DNA of 64,000 bases from Octopus sinensis (GCF_006345805.1 NC_042998.1:61008001-61072000), one strand, 5' to 3'. Numbered from the stretch's first letter, positions 37,854 to 51,978 are shown. A program made the numbers and translations. The notes: generated by a model not told the origin, from the sequence alone.

Positions 37854-38949
37854 AACTATGGACAACTGCTTCGATACCTTCGGCTTTTATACCCAAGTTT
37901 CAAATTCAAATTTATAACAATAACTGCTGCATTTGATTTTTCGAGTGACAATCTTGGTAAGCTAGGGTTTTCAGTAAAAGAAATCAACCAGCTACCATGT
38001 ACATTACAAATACAATTTGTGAGCAGAACAGTAAAATAATGCAAAACTTTTCTGAAGTTCAAAATGTGATGATTTTGTTACGTACATTCCAACAATAGAG
38101 TTTTGTAGCTTTGTTAGAAACTAGCTTCTTCCTTAAGATTTCAAGTTAGAAACTTCCAATAAGATTTCAAATTAATAAAACTAGAAGTGAACATACTTAT
38201 GTACGTTTGTACAGAGATTGTGACGCAAGCATTTGTAAATTAGGTGTTGGGGACTATTCATCGATGACTAACGATCAGCCTTTTTAAATTACTGCTCATT
38301 CTCCTGATCATATTCACAGAAGAAACGCTTTCTTTCAAAATTCTAATGATGCCGAATTCAAACATGAATTCACTATGCAGGATTCTACTACAAACATGAC
38401 TGGTAACGGTAACATCAAAACATCGATGAAAATAATAAAAATCTTTTTAATTGTATTCATTGGTGGAATTATAACTATAAAAGGCAATAATGACTTAATA
38501 GTCATAAAAGTAAAAGATCCCTCGGTTGGTTATATAAAAAGAATAAAATTATATCGAGACCCACTGCATCCAAAACTAAATTATTTTACGGCAAAAGTGG
38601 CATTTATTGAACGCAAAATATATCGATTATGAGAAAATTTTCAAAGAATTAATGAGAGTAATTTTACTCCCGAAAATATAAGGTTAGCACAAATAAAATC
38701 TTGCGAACATTCTGCTACATCAGACATGCCTTCACAACAAACCAGACCCCTGCTGCAACTACGTAACAATCAACTGCTATTACGCTATTTTGTATTGAAG
38801 CTGACTATCTACTATACGCCGCCAACGAACTAAGAAATAACACTGACAAGTAAAAAATATGCAGGAGCGAGGAGTATAAACCACTGAAATGCTTCAGGAC
38901 AAAGGGGATTTCAAGGGAAAAGTAAAATCCACCTTCAGAAAAAGATCAC

Positions 38950-39720
38950 ATATAACATTAAAAGGACGCAAATAAGTTGGTTGTTATAAGGTTTGATACG
39001 TTAAAATGGGAGAGAATATTTTGGCAAATTAACAACTGCAATGTAGAAATTTGTAGGCACTAAAGAATTAATGAAAGGCAAAGTTATAAGAAAAAGTATC
39101 ATTGCAGATATTTGAGAAATGATTTACGGACAACTATCAGTTATGTGATGCCACTTAAACTAAGAACAGTGTTTGGTGACAGTTAAAAGAGAACACTTGT
39201 GCAAATTAATGACCGTCAAAGAAAAGCTAAAGTCTATCAGTGAAAAAGTCTGGCATCAGAAGAGAATAGCTGAACGAAAAATGATTAACGAGAAATTTAA
39301 TCTAAACCAATCATCAGTTTGCATGAGGGGATAATCAATAAGTACCACAGTGGCTCCACCTCAAGAAAGAATATAATTATGCCGGAGAAAAATCTGGAGT
39401 GAGACAATGTAATTTAATCTGAGTGCAAGGCGGTGACTAGAAGAAATCCGAAACAAATATTGTCTTTGAATTGAACCAAAAGCACATAGCACCAAATGTG
39501 AAACATATGGGGCTGTGCTTCAAAAACTTTAGAATAGAAACCATTGCGAAGAGACTTACTTTTCAGAAACTAGAACCGAAAAATGACCTTCTGTGAGGAG
39601 GTATTTTATTGAGTTTTACCAGTAAACTCTCGGTGGAGACATAAACATAACAAGCTGGTTAGCAGTTGCTTGCAGAAACAAAATGGATGACTAGAACTAT
39701 ACTACCAAGTATATTAAAAT
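38950..39720 (+). mobile_element. Ancient Dong-like LINE pre-RT region
   Basis: RKMINEKFNLNQSSV, VAPPQERI and KIWSET resemble the region upstream of the R4/Dong RT. Confidence 0.45.
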
Positions 39721-39982
39721 TTACAAGTCAATACTGTGCCTTAACTAGCGTTAGCTGTGCAATTACATCGCTAAACTTAATGGGAATTTAACGAATGTGA
39801 CCGTGTATAGTTGATGGCTTGGATCTGGTGCTGATGAAAGAGCAATGACTCTTGAACTATACATGCACACCTATTACCTATTTTCTCTATCTTCGATTGT
39901 ATTGTTTAAATAGACTCATTCGTTTAAGAAACGTCTTAATTTCGAGTGGCGATCTGAATTCAACACACACACACACACACGC

Positions 39983-40027
<45 letters not shown>

Positions 40028-40091
40028 CACACAAAAACACACGCGCACACATACGCACAACTCCGCTCCATATATATGTGTGCATGTATAC

Positions 40092-40124
<33 letters not shown>

Positions 40125-40435
40125 TGTATGTATGTATGATTATCTGAAAGGATCTTTTGAGATCGAAAAAGTTTTAAAAGATAAATCTAGATTCTGTTTA
40201 GATGCATTATTTTATTTATAATTTGTGTGTGTAAGTCTGTGTGTATGTGAGTGTGTGTACGTGCGTACATAATATTTATCTCTCACTGGTTGGAGTACTG
40301 TTTTTGATGATCGTACCTTAACAGAAAAGTAAACTACACACGCACACACTCACACACACATACTCACACACACACACACATTCACACACACACACACACC
40401 ACACACACATACTCACACACACATACTCACACACA

Positions 40436-40492
<57 letters not shown>

Positions 40493-41399
40493 TCATACAT
40501 ATAATGAAGAATTGTCAGATCATCACAGTTGTTTCTTACGCATTTTTAAATAGAAGAATGATAACATTACTCCATTACAAAAATCTAATCATAAGATGAA
40601 ACATAATTCTACAAACAAAAGAATATCCCAAGAATACAGCAAGAACGTAGCTGAAATCTGTCGAGGTTAACTATGAAAATGCTCTTTTTGTAAAAGTGTA
40701 TAATCTCTTTATCTGGTTCTTATTACGGTATTGGACTTGCTTGCTATTATATTTGACATTGTATTTGTCAATTATTTGCATATTACTATTTGAAAAGTTT
40801 ATACATTGTTTACCTATCCCATCTGAATAAAACCTCTTAGTAGGTCCATTCCTATCTAAGCTACTTTGTTTTTTATTTGGTATATATTCAAGTAAATTTG
40901 TACCCTTCCTTTTGTTTCTAGGAACTCTATTGTTATATTCTAATTGCACAGATTTCCTATCCTTAACTTTTCTTACTGTCCGTCCTATTTGATTAGTGGT
41001 GTTTTCCATATTAAGCATACTATCTCGATTATTGACAGTATGGTCCGTCTCGCTACTTATGGTAGTAATAGTACTATTACTACGGTTAAGGAATTTTAAT
41101 TTTACTCTATATCTCACCTTCTGTAATGCGAAATTATAAAAGTCCTCATTTAATTTAAGCACTTCCTCGTTCGTTGATAGTTTATTAATTCGGACTCTAA
41201 TGTGATTTTTTTAACCCCAAGAGGACATCCCCTCTAGCTGGTTAACAATGCACAACTGCATCCGATAATATATATCGTGAAGTATATTTGTCACTTAAAT
41301 GTGGCTAACTCTTAAGGGTGGATGCTGCTGTAGCTTGTAGCCCCAGGAGGACACCTCCTCCAGCTGGCTATTGACGCACTTTCTGTACCCTATCAGTAT

Positions 41400-41660
41400 T
41401 TGCAAAGGGAAGCCATCCTTCCCATTTTCAACCTGTATGACACACACGGAGAGCTGATGTACTTGCGCGTACAAATGCACGTTCCCACGGCCTTGTCGCT
41501 CGCATTCTCACATGGAATCGATTTTTGTAATGTTTTCATGACTTATACACGCCCTGATACCGTCGGTATCTACATATCAAATTTGAGCGCAATCGGATGC
41601 AGGATGCCCGAGACCCTAGAAGATACACAGACAGACAGGTAGATTTTATATATAATATAT
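41400..41660 (+). mobile_element. Possible non-autonomous Helitron/Helentron (HINE-like) 3' part
   Basis: caaatttgagcgcaatcggatg...(caga)n...ttttatatat end pattern. Family call is by resemblance only. Confidence 0.4.
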
Positions 41661-41678
41661 CGCATTTAACTTTGTTAT

Positions 41679-41718
<40 letters not shown>

Positions 41719-42304
41719 GGAAATGGGAAGTTTAGTACTTCAAAATAACCAACGGTTTCATCTCAAGTCATCTCGGTCGGGAGGAAAGCATCACCGAACT
41801 TTTTCATTTGCTTCTCAAACACCACTAAAAGAGAAGTGGTCTCTTTTTTATTCTCCTACCAGCCTCTCTCTCCCTCTCTTTTTCTCTCTCTCACTTTCTC
41901 TCTCTCTCTCTCTTTCTCTCTCTCACTCTTTCTTTTTTCTCCATCTTTTTCTCTCTCACAAGTCATTCTGACGTGTTAATCAAAACAAATATGGATAACC
42001 TCGGACATTGTATGACGTATATGAATTACACGCACAAACCCACGTACGCGTACACACACACGCGCTCGCGTGCAGGGTTCCACAGAATCCCTGTTTCTTC
42101 CTTTCTCTTTATTTCGACTTCAACTTTCTTCATATATTTATCATCACTGACACATCACTTTTATTCAATGTTTTACCACTCCTCACATGCAGTATAATAT
42201 AATGTACATGTGAGTGTGTGTGTGTGTGTGTTTGTGTGCGTGTGTGGTTGTGTGTGTGTGTGCGTGTGTGAGTAATACATTTATCATTTATGCATACATA
42301 TATG

Positions 42305-42337
<33 letters not shown>

Positions 42338-42687
42338 ACGTATGTGTATTATATATATATAATATATGTATAGATATGAGTATATATCAGTATTATATAT
42401 ATGTATGCACACATATATACAAACACGCGCATACATGCAGCTACATAAATATCTGTCACATATACACACAATCGCACATACATAAACACACGCACACAAA
42501 CACAAAGAAACACACACATACATACAAAAGACCTGTCAACTTACACCTGCTTACTCACACTTCCACTATTACTCTACTTTTGTATTTTGTTTTTTTTTTC
42601 TTTGCTTTCTATTTAGCAATCTCTTCTAAATCGGATTCTTTCTGTCATCCCCTTCACTCACCACTTTCTATCTTCATATATATCCAT

Positions 42688-42848
42688 GCGCTGGAGTGGT
42701 TGTGTGGTAAGTAGCTTGCTTACCAACCACATGGTTCCGGGTTCACTCCTACTGCGGGTCAACCTGGGAAAGTGTCTTCTACTATAGCTTCGGTTCCACC
42801 AAAGCCTTGTGAGTGGATTTGGTAGACGGAAACTGAAAGAAGCCCGTC

Positions 42849-42923
<75 letters not shown>

Positions 42924-43033
42924 GTATGTGTGTGTGCGCGCGTGTGTTTTGTCCCCCAACAGCGCTTGACAACCGATGCTCTAGCATGGCCGCAGTCAAA
43001 GTGACTGAAGCAAGTAAAAGAAAGTAAAGAGTA
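42688..43033 (+). mobile_element. OK-like SINE with internal deletion and expanded (TA)n
   Basis: Head and tail homology. Confidence 0.85.
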
Positions 43034-43502
43034 AGAGTATATACAAACACACACATATATATATATACACACACACACACATATACTCATATATATATAT
43101 GTGAGTATATATGTATGTATATGTGTGTATATATGTCTATATATATGTATATATGTTAGTATATATATATATATTGTGTGTGTGTATGTATGTATATATA
43201 TGTATATATATATATATAAAGAATGTTTTTTTTATGGTTGGTCAATGACCATTAGTTTCGCACCGATAAAGCACTTAGCCGTATAGGCGATTCGTCAGAC
43301 TCAAATGACGGTAGGTACATAACCTCTCTACAACTGAAAGAAGAAAAACGTTATGGTTACTTAATATTGTAAACTTAATATTGTAAACAAAAAATTTCAG
43401 AAAACGGACAAATTTGTAGTTACACACATATACACATACTCTCACACATACTCTCACACATACTCTCATAGATATAGATATAGATATGGATATATGCATA
43501 TT

Positions 43503-43542
<40 letters not shown>

Positions 43543-43564
43543 CATACATACATACAGATATGTG

Positions 43565-43597
<33 letters not shown>

Positions 43598-43908
43598 GTA
43601 TGTATACATATAACCACACACATATTTGCATGCATATACACACATATATATGTGCATATATGTTTGTGTGCGTGTGTGTTTGTGTGTGAGTGTATGGACC
43701 CAAAGTGCGCACTTGAAGTAGTATTAAATTATAAAGCCATCCATATATCATATTTTGTATAAATACATGAATAACAGACAGAACATGCATAACGGTTTTC
43801 TTCCGAGATAAAATCGCTTATCGACGTGGCGTTTTAAAAACACAGTATATCTCGGAAGGTGAAGGTATGACAGATGCATTTGGCCACCTTGGCATTATTC
43901 ATTGGACG

Positions 43909-43971
43909 TCACATGTAGCATAAAAGCGCATACATTAACACATTTATATACATATATACATACATACATAC

Positions 43972-44023
<52 letters not shown>

Positions 44024-44120
44024 GATTGTATATATATATGTATACATATATATATATATATGTATAATATATGTAATATATATATATACAATATATATAT
44101 CTATATATATAGGAGATATA

Positions 44121-44153
<33 letters not shown>

Positions 44154-44252
44154 TATATAGATATATATATATCTATATATATTATATGTATCTATATATA
44201 TATATATTATATATATATAGTATGTATATCTATGTATATATATATATATATC

Positions 44253-44284
<32 letters not shown>

Positions 44285-44285
44285 G

Positions 44286-44344
<59 letters not shown>

Positions 44345-44366
44345 ATATATATGTATATAGATATAG

Positions 44367-44413
<47 letters not shown>

Positions 44414-44516
44414 ATATGTATATATATATATATAGATATATGTAATATATATATATATATATAGATATCTGTATTATATATATATATATATATTAATGTA
44501 TATAAATATATATATC

Positions 44517-44547
<31 letters not shown>

Positions 44548-44688
44548 TATATAATATATTATATATATATATATTATATATATATATATATAATATATAA
44601 TATATATATATATATAGTATGTATATAATATATATTATATATATGTATATATATATATATATATATATACATTATATATATAGTATAT

Positions 44689-44735
<47 letters not shown>
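43909..44735. repeat. About 830-bp degenerate (TA)n array
   Basis: Direct reading. Confidence 0.97.
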
Positions 44736-44736
<1 letters not shown>

Positions 44737-45020
44737 AGGTGCAATGGCCACAGTGGTTAGGGCAGAGCGGACTTGCGGTCGTAGGATCGCGGTTCGATCC
44801 CAGACCGAGCGTTTTGTGAGTGTTTATTGAGCGAAAACACCTAAAGCTCCACGAGGCTCCGTACTCTTTCGCCACAAATTTCTCTCACTCTTTCTTCTGT
44901 TGGCCTGCTCGCTTAGCCAGTGGGGTGGCGTCATTTGAAGGCTAAAACAATGCGAAGCGCATTGTGACCAGCGATGTGTAGCAACATCTGATAGCGTGGT
45001 CGGTCACGGTGATCACGGTG
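44734..45020 (+). mobile_element. tRNA-derived SINE (family of 24058)
   Basis: ggaggtgcaatggccacagtggttagg...ggttcgatcccagacc. Confidence 0.8.
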
Positions 45021-45051
45021 ATATATATATTTATATATATTATACACACAC

Positions 45052-45084
<33 letters not shown>

Positions 45085-45559
45085 GTATAATATATATAAA
45101 TATATATATGTACATACCTACATATATATGTATATATACATACATATATGGGTACGGGACATCAAAAAACGTAGACACAATGAGAAAACGAAAACATAAA
45201 AGCAAAAACATAGAAAACGAACCTTTTTTCGAACAACGAAAAAACAAACAGAGAAACGAGACATGCAACATAAAGAATAGACAAAAAGAAGGACAATATG
45301 CGACTCCGTTGAAACAGTCCTTCCCGTCACATCGACTTGGCTTATCAGCCCTCACCGTTTGTTTTCACTGTCTTGTTCTCACTATCCTGTTTTTGTTATC
45401 ACTTTCACCCTCCGCAAAAAATCTCAAATTTTATTTAATTTGCTTTGCGGGAAGGATTGTTTCAACAATCGCGCATTGTCCTTACCTTCGAACCGCGGGG
45501 TAGATGAAAAAGGGACAACTGATAAAGGGGAATATTCTTTATGTTGCATGTAATGCAGC

Positions 45560-46559
45560 TAGCAATTATAGGTCAATTACTTGCTTACCATTAGTGTGGA
45601 AGCTATTAACAGGAATGTTTTCAGAAAGCATTTACAAGCACCTTGACAACTAGAATTTACTGCCAGAACAGAGAGTTTGCAGGAAGAAAGCTAAAGGAAC
45701 GCATGATTTATTATACACAGACAAAGCAGTTCTAAATGAAGTAAAGGCTAGAAAGGAAGATCTGGATAGATTATAAAGAAGACTATGAAATGAACCTAAG
45801 CTCATGGATAAGTGAATGTTTGGGTATATTCAGTATAGCAGACAACATAAGAGAATTAACTAGTTTTAGCATGAAGAAATAGAAAGTAGATCTCTACTCA
45901 GGTGACACAGGCTTAGGGAAAGTTAATATCAAGAGAGGAATTTTCCAAGGAGACTCGTTATCCCCTTTAATATTTGTCTTATGATTGATTCACCTCAGTT
46001 TAGTATTGAGGAAGGCAAAGGCAGGGTATCAGTTCAGAAATAGTAATGGAAAAATTAACCATTTGCTCTATATGGATGATTTGAATTTTTTTTTATTAAG
46101 AATGAAAAGAGATAGATTGTATGACTCTTCGGCAAAGATATAGGCATAGAATTTGGCAGTAAATAGTTGTAGTGATACAAGATCATGGTTGCAGAAAGCA
46201 AGGCTGAAAATGAGGAAGAAAGTATGTTCGCAGCAGCACAACATCAAGGACTAATTGGTTAAACGCCATGATAAACAAAAACCAAGTAGATTCCCAATGT
46301 AGGTTATGCAAATCAAAAGAGGATCGCGTTACTCATACAGTAAGTGAATGTAGCATGCCGCCACAGAAGGAATACAAGAAAAGACACGTCAGCCTTGGGA
46401 GAGCAATCCACTGGGAGTTATAAAGAAAGCTAGGATTTGAACATACTGATAAATGGTATGAAAACGAACCTAGTTAAGTACCAGAAGGTAAGAAATATAA
46501 GATGTTGTGGGAATTTAACATTCAGACTGACAGAGTAATAGAAGCTAGAAAGCCTGATT

Positions 46560-46637
<78 letters not shown>

Positions 46638-46925
46638 ATAAAGAGAATAGAAAGTGCCAAATAATTCACTTTATAATCAATATGAGAGGTATAGAGAAAT
46701 AGCAAAGTACCAGGACCTAGCCATTGAATTACAGAGTGGGGCTAAAATGTATCCCAGGACTTATAGGTGCATTAGGAACTATCCCTAAAGATCTGAACAG
46801 ATGGATAGATGAAACAGGCATAAAACTCAATTTAGTACAGCTCCAGAAAACAGTGTTATTAGGGACAGCTAAGATAATTTGGAGGGTTACTTGCTGTAGT
46901 CTGATGTTAGGAATTTTTCTTTTTC
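45560..46925 (+). mobile_element. Decayed R4/Dong-like LINE (RT to RLE) with internal deletions, followed by (TAA)n
   Basis: YRSITCL, RGIFQGDSLSPLIF, HLLYMDDL and RKPDLVV..DKENRKCQII. Confidence 0.9.
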
Positions 46926-46960
46926 AACAGTCTAATCTCTTGTGTGTATATAATATATGA

Positions 46961-47011
<51 letters not shown>

Positions 47012-47454
47012 TAATAATAACTATAAATATATATATATATATATACATATATGCATGCATACATACATACATACATACATACATACATACATACATACAT
47101 ACATAAATACATACATACATACATATATATATATATATAAGCTGTAACGAAGCCACAGGATGGTGCACAGGCGCTCAGCCTTGAGTGCGCTGCATCCGAT
47201 AGCAGAAATAACTGTAAGTTTATGAAGTTCATCACATAAATTCCTATTCCATTGTCAGTCATGTTATTTCGTATTACGCTTGGTACTGAACTAATGTTTT
47301 ATTCTGAAACATATATATTAAGTTCCAACGCCTGATTATTATTATTCCTATGCCTAAGCAAAACATTAATACATGTGTATGTGTGTGTACTTACGTATGT
47401 AATATATATGCATATACATATGTGTGTGTGTGTATATATATATAATTGTGTTGT

Positions 47455-47720
47455 CAACACAATTATGTTAGACAAACGAGCCTTCCTTTACGCAGAAAAG
47501 TAGCAGTCCATAAAGAACAGATAAATCTTCCACAATACCGTCAAATTCTACTCAGTAGCCACATAGACTCTTGCGCTAGAGATAAAAATCACAAATTTCA
47601 CATATTCCCTTTCTACCAATGTAAAGACAGAATCTCTACACAAGAAAGAATCAGCAAGGAGAATCTTTTTATTGAAAAATTCCAAACGCGTCTTAATATG
47701 CAAACTCCAATGTGGCCATA
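47455..47720 (+). mobile_element. 5'-truncated Neptune-like GIY-YIG C-terminal fragment (sister family)
   Basis: YVRQTSLPLRRKVAVHKEQI..FHIFPFYQC..RISKENLFIEKFQTRLN aligns with the 8111-8400 translation. Confidence 0.85.
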
Positions 47721-48394
47721 CTCCTTTTTCTAGCATCCTATCTAACAAAAAAATTGATATAAGCATCTTGTTTGACAAAAAATCCACCATTCCAATTTAA
47801 AGAGCATAAAATCCACAGAATTGTCTCCCCTTACTCACAAGAACTGGATAACTCCTACCCCATTTCCTGTTTTGACACACAATCACCCACATTTTCAAAA
47901 TATACACTACATTTAAAACACATGCAAAGAAGTTTTTCCAAGGACTATTATTGAACTCTAAAAGCATAAAGACTCTACAATGGATTGGTATACTTGTTTA
48001 TTAATTTTTGCATATATGTATTATTATTTAAAAAAAAAAAACATTGTAAATTTCTTTTTCCCCTTCCTCAATTTAAAAAAAAAAATTTTCCCCTTCTAAA
48101 TCTTAAAATTTTGCCTTGCAATGAAAATATATATATACAAACACATATAGTTAAAATTTATAGAAAAAAATAGACGAAAACAGGTGTATGAACAACAAGC
48201 AAGTGTATTAGTTTGACGCTCGGGAAAATGAAAAAAGTCGCTTACGTTTCGAGCCTACGCTCTTCAGCAGTAAGGAATAAGAGAAAATAAACAGACAGGA
48301 GGAAAACAAACTTGTAGATTTCAGCGATTAGCATATATACACATGTGTGTGCGCGTGTGTGTGTATATATATATGTGTGTGTGTGTATGTGTGT

Positions 48395-48471
<77 letters not shown>

Positions 48472-48778
48472 GAGAGAGAGTTGTTATGTGAAAGCATGTG
48501 TTGGATGTATAAAAGACAAAAAAGTGGAAAAACTACAGAAGGCTTGTGTTATATGGTTAAAGAATATATTTAAGTCGTTATGTTAGAAAAAATGTTATAA
48601 AATTTTACGTATAGTAACATAGTTTTTGGAGAAAATAACCGGTTTCGTATTTTCTTTTCAAATTTCTCAAATTTCTTTACTTATATCGGGTCATGTCAGC
48701 GAAGACATGACACGATATATTTAACCATATAACACAAGCCTTCTGTAGTTTTTTCACTCTCTTTTGTCTTTTACATAT
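48472..48778. mobile_element. pLTR-only inverted pair of a sister Neptune-like family
   Basis: Arms homologous to the 11740-11860 pLTR (gtgaaagca..., acagaaggctt, gttaaagaatatat). Degenerate hammerhead at 48629-48668 (minus). Both ends are near (TA)n. Confidence 0.75.
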
Positions 48779-49436
48779 ATATATATATTTATATATATAT
48801 ATATATATATATATAGCAATCGTTGAAAAGTCTCTGAAATTCTATGTACTGTTGTCAGTGTGGTTCGGTGATTCGTCTGGTATGCAGCTACGAGATGTCT
48901 ACCACTAAGAATGCGGAGTACGTCGAAATCATGTGATATATTTGTTCCGGTGCCTGTAGCAGACGATTCTTGTCTGCCATCGGTATTAATATGTGCGCTT
49001 TTAATGCACCATCGTCCATATGAGAGGTCCTGGCAATATCCTGCGTTCCAAATAAAAAACATCCTGGTCAAGCTGAATATAAAGATTGCCTCTTGGTATT
49101 GATACTGCTTGTATCGCTAATAATCACTCAGAAATGCACACACACATACACAAATGCACACACACACACACACACACAGCCATATGGTTCATACATGCGT
49201 ATCAGATATTCGTATAGAATATATTTAGTAGTGCTCAAGAGAATTAAACTTGAACGGGTATAGAAATAAATTTAGGTATAAGCAAGTCAGATCAATATAT
49301 AAAGTTTTACTATATTAATACATGAAATGCAAAAAGTGTATATACGTTTAAATACAAAAAGGTCCGACTTACACAGAATACAAATGATATAGAGGATTGA
49401 AGGTGCTGTTTCTGGGAGCTCGACGGTTCAAAATAA

Positions 49437-49924
49437 GGATCTTTTCCTTTTGAACGGCTCTTTGTAACATAATTTTCATTTGGCACCGCTAGAAAAAAAT
49501 CCCATTTTCCGTAGCGGTGTCGTATGAAATTGACACCCATAATTATAACCCTAGTATCGATCTATTGCATTTCGATCTATTTTAGATTTAGGTTTAGAGT
49601 TAGGGTGAGTTAGGGTTAGGGTTAGGGGTGGGGGAAGGGTATCTTTTTTTCTTCACAAATGTAAATAAACCCAATCTGTTTATTAAATAAGGGACATATT
49701 CATTATGCACGGAATGTTGTTTACCTAAATGGAGGTAATCGATTGGTTAAAATTGCCGAAATACTCGAAATTTCAGACGAAATATCTTACAAACTATAGA
49801 ATTTTCTCAATAAAGCCAAGAGAAAACGATGTTTTATAAACACATTCTACCAGTATACGAAGTTTAAAACTTTTTAGTTACCTAGAAATTATGTTACAAA
49901 GTGCCGTTCAAAAGGAAAAGATCC
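49437..49924. mobile_element. MITE with about 39-bp TIRs and 8-bp TSD (CAAAATAA)
   Basis: GGATCTTTTCCTTTTGAACGG...CCGTTCAAAAGGAAAAGATCC. TSD at 49429-49436 and 49925-49932. Internal TTAGGG-like run. Confidence 0.9.
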
Positions 49925-50689
49925 CAAAATAATGTTTGTAGATTGTTATCATCATAGGATGAGACGAGACTCCGTCTTCAGGAAAGAGATATTACATTAG
50001 TGGTGTTAAAGGAAAAAGTTCTAAAATATACACACACATATCTATAAAGTAGTTGTATGCTGTCAATTTAATATAACAGTCCCATGAAGGGAATAATATT
50101 TAGCCCTAGGAAGCACAAAATGTATGAAGGATGAATGTGAAATGAATATATTTATAATGCAAATGAGACGGCCATCTCACTCCCGCTGCGAGATGAAACC
50201 GTGAACACCTTTTCACTTAATTTTTAAACAACATCATGCCTCGCTTCGAGGCGAAACCGTTACTTTCTCCTTTACTTTTGCATTACCATTATAAACTTTT
50301 TTAAAAACAATGTTCATACAGTCCTTATCTCTTTTCCTTTTTTTTTTTTTTGAAACAAAAGAAACACTTAAACATTTAAACAACTTCTTGCCTCGCTTCG
50401 AGGCGAAACCGTTATTTGCTCTTTTGTTTTTGCCTTACCATTATAAACTTTTAAAAAAAAAAAAAAAAAAAACAATTTTCATACAGTCCTTATTTCTTTT
50501 CCTTTTTTAAAAAACAAAAGAAAACCAAATGTTTATTCCAATGTTCAATCTTTAGTAAACCTGTTCATTATTTTCTTTTTTTAAAAAAAAAACATTGCTG
50601 AGCTCAAGAGAATCTTTTCTCAGTCCCAGTTTTTATAATGTCCATTACTTACCACTATGATATTTCTTTGCATTTTTTCTCGTGTTGTC

Positions 50690-51889
50690 TTCTTTCTTCT
50701 TAATTTCCTGCTGTTCTTATACTTCCCTCTTCAAGTCTGTGAGGTCGTGCGTTTGTATGTCAGTGTATTCCTGCATTTGTGTGTCTGTGTGTTCGTTTGA
50801 CTGCAATTCTGTGTTCTTCTGTGTGTCTATGTCTTTTGGTTTTCGTAATTCTCGGTTGTCTCGTTTATGTTCTGCGTGACCCTGTATTTTTAAAATTCTT
50901 CTCTTGGTATTTCCATTGGAAAATCTACTGCATTTCCCGTCGCGGGTTGGGTTTCTTTTTCCATCTCTCTACTGTTTTTCACTTCCACTGTCGTTGGAGA
51001 CTTTTTCCTTTCTCGCTTTCTTTGCTTTACTGCCGCCAACTTCTCATTATTTTGTTTCTCCTTGCTTTATTTCTCTTTCTAGTTCTTTCTCTAACATTTC
51101 TGTCTCTTCACTAAGGCATTGTCTTTTCAGGTGTTCTCTTCCGCCGCATTTGTAAATTTTGGGGGTCTCCCTGCTAACATTACCTCTAGTCTTTCTCCTG
51201 ATGGTAATTCTACCGTTTCTGGCAATTTTTCGTAATACTCCTGGGTTACGGCACAAATCACCTCCACACCATATCTCCTAAAATTCATATTTTCAGTTCT
51301 GTTTACTGAGTAAATTCCCAGTTTCTTGCTTCCTCTCCATAGATTCGAGTCAAAAGTTGCCACTATTACCCATTCTGGGTCTATCACTCTTACTTTGACA
51401 ATTCTTTTTCCTGGAGGGCCTGGTATTAACATCCATTTTTTACCTTGTCGTCTGCTCATCGTTCAATACCGCGTCCTCTTCTGTAGCAAATGAAACCGCT
51501 ATCGTACCATATTCTTTTCCTCTTGTGAAGAAGTTTATTCCTTCACCTATGTTACTCAGTAATATTTCTTCAATCTCTTCTTGTCGCTCTCTTTCTATTC
51601 TTCTGTTTTTGATAGAGAAGGTTCTGAATATCACCGTTTTGTTCATGTATTTTCTTTTTTCATCCTCTGGCATAATCAATTTGCCATTAGTGCCTTCCTT
51701 CTCTATCGTGCTGTGATATTTCCTCAACTTCTTCTCGTCCCAATCCAGCTCGTCCTCCTTCAGCACACGTGGGTTCACATCATCCCGAACTCCAGCAGCT
51801 TCCGCATAACTCTTCATTTTCAAATATTTCTTTTCACTGACAACGGTGTCCTCCAAAAAATCCGGCCACGCTTCTTCCAAAAGCAACAA
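50690..51889 (-). pseudogene. Gag/ORF1-like retroelement protein with CCHC-type knuckle, frameshifted, no ORF2 seen
   Basis: KSYAEAAG, RRM-like TIAVSFATEEDA / RIVKVRV, ERLEVMLAGRPP then (C)YKCGGREHLKRQC, followed by a K/E/T-rich tail. Confidence 0.7.
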
Positions 51890-51978
51890 AAATCAAGAGT
51901 AGCATGGCCTGCAAGAAGCCTATCTAGCCCTTGTAAACATATAATTATTCTTGTGAAATACATTCACTGATTTCAAAA

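Noticed and set aside
38375-38632. 85-aa ORF with a signal-peptide-like MKIIKIFLIVFIGG stretch
   Set aside because: An AT-rich hydrophobic stretch is expected by chance, and no supporting gene structure is visible.
48930-49090. CSGAC...SCVP pattern reminiscent of cystine-knot proteins (plus strand)
   Set aside because: Interrupted by two stops, and the remaining cysteine spacing does not fit.
49590-49632. TTAGGG repeats as a telomere or fusion scar
   Set aside because: Only a few units, lying inside a TSD-bounded MITE.
50237-50262. Hairpin plus GAAAC as a hammerhead ribozyme
   Set aside because: No CUGANGA-like core upstream in either copy.
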